This document shows positions 26,279 through 28,521 of a stretch of DNA of 28,521 nt, one piece after another (position 1 is the first letter of the stretch; each line of letters opens with the position of its first letter). Location of the stretch: NCBI GenBank assembly GCA_029858565.1, contig JAOUEV010000047.1, forward strand, positions 1 to 28,521, written 5' to 3'. Position numbers and translations under genes: made by a program. The notes below the pieces were generated by a model. That model did no database searches, was not told where the DNA came from, and was given only the letters and a program-made list of their open reading frames with translations. This DNA comes from Nitrospirota bacterium (GTDB lineage: Bacteria > Nitrospirota > UBA9217).

Positions 26279-27313
26279 ATGTTGACGGACAAGATCATTA
26301 CGAAAACCCTGGGCGGCGCGGACTCCCTGGTGGCAGCGGACCGGTCCCGATGCGGGAGAATGCGGTTCAGCAGGAATACCTGTTCCCACTGCACCGCTAT
26401 TTGCGACGCAGCAGCTATATCCATTGACGGCGCGATCATAATCGACGCGGCGAAGTGCACGGGCTGCATGCTCTGTGTTTCCGAGTGCCCATCAGGATGT
26501 TTGTCGGCGGCAGGTGAGGATTTCGACCTCCTCCTCGCCAAATTGCGTAAGACGGAGAAGTCCGTTCCATCCTGTGTTGTCAGTTGTAAAACAGCTCGGG
26601 ACAGGTCGGCGCACGCAAAAACAAGCTGCCTCGGTTTTCTGTCGGAGGAACACCTGATGGTCCTGGCGGGGTCTCTCGATAAGCCGCTGTATCTCGACCT
26701 GAGCGCTTGCGGCGCATGCCGGAATTCTTTCATCATTGACAAACTTCGGGAACGCGTTCGCAACGTGCAGGCAAATACCGGCATCAATATCCGGGAGAAA
26801 ATCATCCTGGCAGAAGATGCAGGGGCATTGGCGTTCGAGGACGTTTCTCTGGACAGAAGGGGATTTTTCCAGGCGCTCAAAGCGGCGACGTTCATGCAGG
26901 TCGCCGGATTTCTTGATGAACAGGAAGTGAAAACCCCCGCTTCCTACGGTGAAAAAAAAGTGACCGCGAAACGTCAGCTGCTGAACAGGTTGCTCAAGAG
27001 CTTATCCGACGGCAAAGCGGCCACAGCCATACTCAACAGCTATGCTTTTACGGTGAAGACCGGATCGTCCTGTACGGTTTGCTCCGCCTGTGTGGGCATG
27101 TGCCCCACCGGCGCGTTGCAAGTCAGGAAGGATGCAAACAGTGCGGAGCTTCTGTTTAATTCCTCGCTGTGTCATGGTTGTTCATTGTGTAAGGACATCT
27201 GTCCGGCAGCGGCCGTTGCCGTGACAAGCGGATTCAACGGCAAAAATTACTTCGAACATGAAATATGTCATGCGGTTAATTCCGCATCTCGAGACGCGGT
27301 GAACAAGAATTAA
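26279..27313 (+). CDS. Polyferredoxin (multi-[4Fe-4S]) accessory protein of the arr cluster
   Basis: C..CSHCTAIC, CTGCMLCVSECP, CGAC, CTVCSACVGMCP, CHGCSLCKDICP; start ATG 26279, or TTG 26267 overlapping the arrD stop. Confidence 0.85.
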   Translation: MLTDKIITKTLGGADSLVAADRSRCGRMRFSRNTCSHCTAICDAAAISIDGAIIIDAAKCTGCMLCVSECPSGCLSAAGEDFDLLLAKLRKTEKSVPSCVVSCKTARDRSAHAKTSCLGFLSEEHLMVLAGSLDKPLYLDLSACGACRNSFIIDKLRERVRNVQANTGINIREKIILAEDAGALAFEDVSLDRRGFFQALKAATFMQVAGFLDEQEVKTPASYGEKKVTAKRQLLNRLLKSLSDGKAATAILNSYAFTVKTGSSCTVCSACVGMCPTGALQVRKDANSAELLFNSSLCHGCSLCKDICPAAAVAVTSGFNGKNYFEHEICHAVNSASRDAVNKN

Positions 27314-27349
27314 CGCAGATTTGCGGAGGAACGGGGGTATTGTTGTTGT

Positions 27350-27976
27350 ATGGAAAGCGCTCCTGATTTTGAAACGCTTCTGCAGGAATCCGTCCGTATC
27401 CACGGCCACCTCTGCGCGGGACAGGTGCTCGGCGTCCGCATGTCCATGCTCGGGCTGCGGGAGATCGGCATCGGCGACCCGAAGGGCGCGGATCGGAAGA
27501 GCCTGATCGTTTTCGTCGAGATGGACCGGTGCGCCACCGACGCGGTCCAGTCCGTTACGGGTTGCAGCCTGGGCAAGAGAAGCATGAAATTCATGGATTA
27601 CGGAAAGATGGCGGCGACGTTCCTGAACCTGAAAACCGGCAAGGCCGTCCGGGTCTTCGCGCGCGAAGACTCCCGGGACAAGGCAAAGGAGCGTTTTCCG
27701 GAGATTGAGAATAAATATACCGGACAGCTTGAGGCGTACAAGATCATGTCCGATGAAGAGTTGTTCGACGTGATGGAAGTTGCCATCAACATCGCGCCGC
27801 AGGACATGCCGGGCAGGCCGATGCGCAGAGTGCAGTGTGACACCTGCGGTGAGCACGTTCAGGATATGAGGGAGGTCTATCAGGACGGCAAGGTCCTGTG
27901 CGTTCCTTGCGCTCGGGGCGGCTACTACGAAGTGAATCAGTCTTTATCGGCGGTGCGTTATGCGGAAAAGTCATAA
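27350..27976 (+). CDS. fmdE: FmdE/FwdE-family protein with C-terminal zinc finger
   Basis: HGHLCAGQVLGVRM, VEMDRCATDAVQ..TGCSLGKR, D.GK.AATF, CDTCGE...CVPC. Confidence 0.88.
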   Translation: MESAPDFETLLQESVRIHGHLCAGQVLGVRMSMLGLREIGIGDPKGADRKSLIVFVEMDRCATDAVQSVTGCSLGKRSMKFMDYGKMAATFLNLKTGKAVRVFAREDSRDKAKERFPEIENKYTGQLEAYKIMSDEELFDVMEVAINIAPQDMPGRPMRRVQCDTCGEHVQDMREVYQDGKVLCVPCARGGYYEVNQSLSAVRYAEKS

Positions 27977-28325
27977 CGGATTGGAGATAAGATCGAAGGT
28001 GTGGATCGAGGTTGACGGCGAGCCTGTGTTCGGCCGGGGGAGACGGTTCCTGCTCGAAGCCATAGAAACTCATGGTTCCATCAATCGGGCCGCCGAAGAT
28101 GTCGGCATTTCCTACCGGAAGGCGTGGTGTCATATCAAGGCCATGGAAGAACGGCTCGGCGTCCAGCTTGTCGAGCGGCAGGCCGGCGGAAGGAACGGTG
28201 GCGGCGCGCGTATCACCGATGAAGCCAGAGTTTTCCTGAACAAGTTTGAGCAGATGGAAGCGGGTATCCGTGAAGTCGTCGACGAAAAATTCAAAGCCCT
28301 TTTTCTGGGAGGTTCCCATGTGTGA
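27960..28325 (+). CDS. modE: ModE-family winged-helix regulator, DNA-binding domain only
   Basis: SKVWIE..G..VFG.GR..LLEAI...GSI..AA...ISYRKAW, GG..GGGA.IT; only 121 aa. Confidence 0.85.
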   Translation: MRKSHNGLEIRSKVWIEVDGEPVFGRGRRFLLEAIETHGSINRAAEDVGISYRKAWCHIKAMEERLGVQLVERQAGGRNGGGARITDEARVFLNKFEQMEAGIREVVDEKFKALFLGGSHV

Positions 28326-28521
28326 CGATGCGCATGAGGGTCATCATCATACTGCAACAATGAAATCGATCCCGGTCAATCTGGCTGTCGGCACGGTCCT
28401 TGCCCATGATATCACCGAGATACGGCCTGGCGAGTTCAAGGGACGGGCTTTCAAGAAGGGCCATGTGGTTCGCGAAGAGGATATTTGCCATCTCCAGCGG
28501 CTGGGCAAGGAACACCTCTTT
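28318..28521 (+). CDS. Molybdopterin-binding (MoeA-like/MoCF biosynthesis) protein, 5' part, truncated by window end
   Basis: Manual translation MCDDAHEGHHHTATMKSIPVNLAVGTVLAHDITEIRPGEFKGRAFKKGHVVREEDICHLQRLGKEHLF; GGGAGG RBS; 8-bp overlap with modE. Confidence 0.75.
   Translation, partial: MCDDAHEGHHHTATMKSIPVNLAVGTVLAHDITEIRPGEFKGRAFKKGHVVREEDICHLQRLGKEHLF

Noticed and set aside
1-28521. cas genes, integrase/transposase, tRNA or rRNA
   Set aside because: No supporting motifs or structures seen in the window

Overview
GC-rich bacterial genomic window; gene order suggests an anaerobic Nitrospirota/Deltaproteobacteria-like organism (inference). It has four parts. (1) 7-188: trailer end of a CRISPR array with 37-bp repeats; no cas genes in the window. 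(2) 339-12036: housekeeping superoperon pheA-hisC-aroF-tyrA-aroA-[HEAT-repeat exported protein]-cmk-ispH-rpsA-sppA-ihfB, interrupted by short tandem/inverted-repeat elements and an uncalled small membrane-protein ORF. (3) 12057-18683, minus strand: M56 peptidase, a small membrane protein, a 13-heme membrane-anchored cytochrome c, a cytochrome b, a histidine kinase with a c-type heme motif in its extracytoplasmic sensor domain, and a NarL-family regulator; paired candidate operator boxes lie upstream of the cytochrome. (4) 18855-28521, plus strand: NUDIX hydrolase, Rieske protein plus a fused cytochrome b/subunit IV/cytochrome c, a respiratory arsenate reductase cluster (arrA-arrB-arrD-polyferredoxin, no arrC), then FmdE-family, short ModE-family and molybdopterin-binding genes. 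The main hypothesis is an ArrC-less arsenate respiration locus with two candidate quinol-oxidising modules and a heme-based redox sensor. All assignments come from motif recognition; no database search was run.
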